In this document: positions 63,195-64,000 of the stretch, in pieces
Layout of the letters: the number at the start of each line of letters is the position of its first letter
Position numbering within the stretch: the stretch's first letter is position 1
From: Terriglobia bacterium
Lineage (GTDB): Bacteria > Acidobacteriota > Terriglobia > Acidiferrales > UBA7541
NCBI GenBank assembly: GCA_020072785.1
Contig: JAIQGG010000007.1
Coordinates: 9,995-73,994 of the forward strand
Length of the DNA stretch: 64,000 bases
Direction: 5' to 3'
Made by a program: the position numbers and the translations under genes
Notes under the pieces: model-generated
Seen by the model: only the letters and a program-made list of their open reading frames with translations
Told to the model about the DNA's origin: nothing
Databases searched by the model: none

Positions 63195-64000
63195 CTACTT
63201 CCCTGTTTCCTGCAGTGAGGCGGCCACTTTCTTACCGTATTCGCGGGCCTTGGCAATGACTTCGCTTTCGTGCAAGGTGAGGACGCGGCCGGCCTGCAGG
63301 ACGGTGCGGCCGGCGATGACCACGGTCTCCACGTCGCTGGCCTTCAGGGCGTAGACGATCTGCGAGTAGACGTCATACATGGGCACGGCGTGCGGCGCGT
63401 CCAGGCCGATGACGATGAGGTCGGCCTTCTTGCCGGGTTCGAGCGAACCGATCTCCTTTTCCATGTGCAGCGCCCGCGCCCCTTCGATCGTGGCCATTTC
63501 CAGCGCGGCCATCGCACCGAGCGCCTGCGGATCCATCTTGGAGATTTTCTGGAGCTTGGCGGCGAGGTCCATCTCTTCCATGAGGTTGAAGTCGTTGTTG
63601 CTGCCGGCGGGGCCGTCCGTGCCGAGGCCCACGCGTACTCCGGCGGCGCGCATTTCGGGGATGGGCGAAACGCCGCTGGCCAGCATCATGTTGCTTGAAG
63701 GATTGTGCACGCAGCCGGCCTGGCGCGCGGCCAGCAGCTTGCGATCGGCTTCGTCCACCCAGATGCAGTGCGCGGCGAGGACGTCGGGGCCGAGCAGGCC
63801 GATGCGGTCGAGATAAGCAACGGGGGTGGCGCCGTTTTGGGCGCGGCTGTCCTCGAGCTCCTTTTTGGTTTCGGCGAGGTGAATAAGGATGGGGGCGTGA
63901 TATTTGCGGGCCAGGGCCGCGGAGTCGCGCAGGGTCTGCTCCGAGTTCGTATAGATCGCATGCGGCGCTACGGCGGCGTGGATCAGCGGATCGCCCTGCC
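63195..64000 (-). CDS. amidohydrolase of the MtaD / nucleoside-nucleobase deaminase type; the 5' end lies beyond the window
   Basis: The frame is open to the window edge (…IHLAETKKELEDS…HCIWVDEADRKLL…CVHNPSSNMMLASG…GLGTDGPAGSNNDFNLMEEM). The track shows only the part after an internal GTG. Confidence 0.8.
   Translation of the reverse strand, partial: QGDPLIHAAVAPHAIYTNSEQTLRDSAALARKYHAPILIHLAETKKELEDSRAQNGATPVAYLDRIGLLGPDVLAAHCIWVDEADRKLLAARQAGCVHNPSSNMMLASGVSPIPEMRAAGVRVGLGTDGPAGSNNDFNLMEEMDLAAKLQKISKMDPQALGAMAALEMATIEGARALHMEKEIGSLEPGKKADLIVIGLDAPHAVPMYDVYSQIVYALKASDVETVVIAGRTVLQAGRVLTLHESEVIAKAREYGKKVAASLQETGK

Overview
High-GC bacterial chromosomal segment. By eye it is roughly 65-70% G+C, and GC3 in real genes is mostly above 80%. 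It is most likely from an Acidobacteriota-type genome; this is an inference from three TIGR03436-style secreted VWA paralogues, a GTTC-N7-GTTC LexA box and the gene content.

About 50 credible genes, mostly housekeeping:
- frr-pyrH-tsf-rpsB and rpsI-rplM
- class IV aminotransferase, FHA-GAF-PP2C phosphatase, CoA-transferase, amidohydrolases
- a ~1100-aa IPT/TIG lipoprotein, bactofilin, pyruvate carboxylase, lexA, korAB, dihaem cytochrome c
- two M23 peptidases, a PBP-type transpeptidase, recA, a thiolase-hbd operon, DinB-fold proteins
- a UvrD-type helicase fused to a Cas4-like Fe-S nuclease
- rluD-lspA-ileS, TonB, an ABC/FtsX/HlyD efflux set, TerC, DPP-IV

No rRNA, tRNA, CRISPR array, transposase or integrase was recognised. 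Many long ORFs in the track are antisense or out-of-frame shadows typical of high-GC DNA.

Unusual parts:
1. 5.2-7.5 kb is a non-housekeeping gap. It holds a small GIY-YIG nuclease gene bracketed by inverted hairpin-type repeats, a 119-bp tandem array of the same repeat family, and a ~40% GC islet with a stop-interrupted ORF. Further copies of the repeat sit in the korA-korB and ileS-lspA spacers.
2. A second dispersed 27-30 nt palindromic element is present in 3 copies.
3. A decayed hicBA-like pair lies next to the helicase-nuclease.
4. An 18-codon Lys-rich mini-gene with a perfect SD and terminator lies beside a trio of VWA paralogues.
5. A LexA box is embedded in the lexA promoter spacer.

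All family assignments were made by eye from motifs and need HMM/BLAST confirmation.
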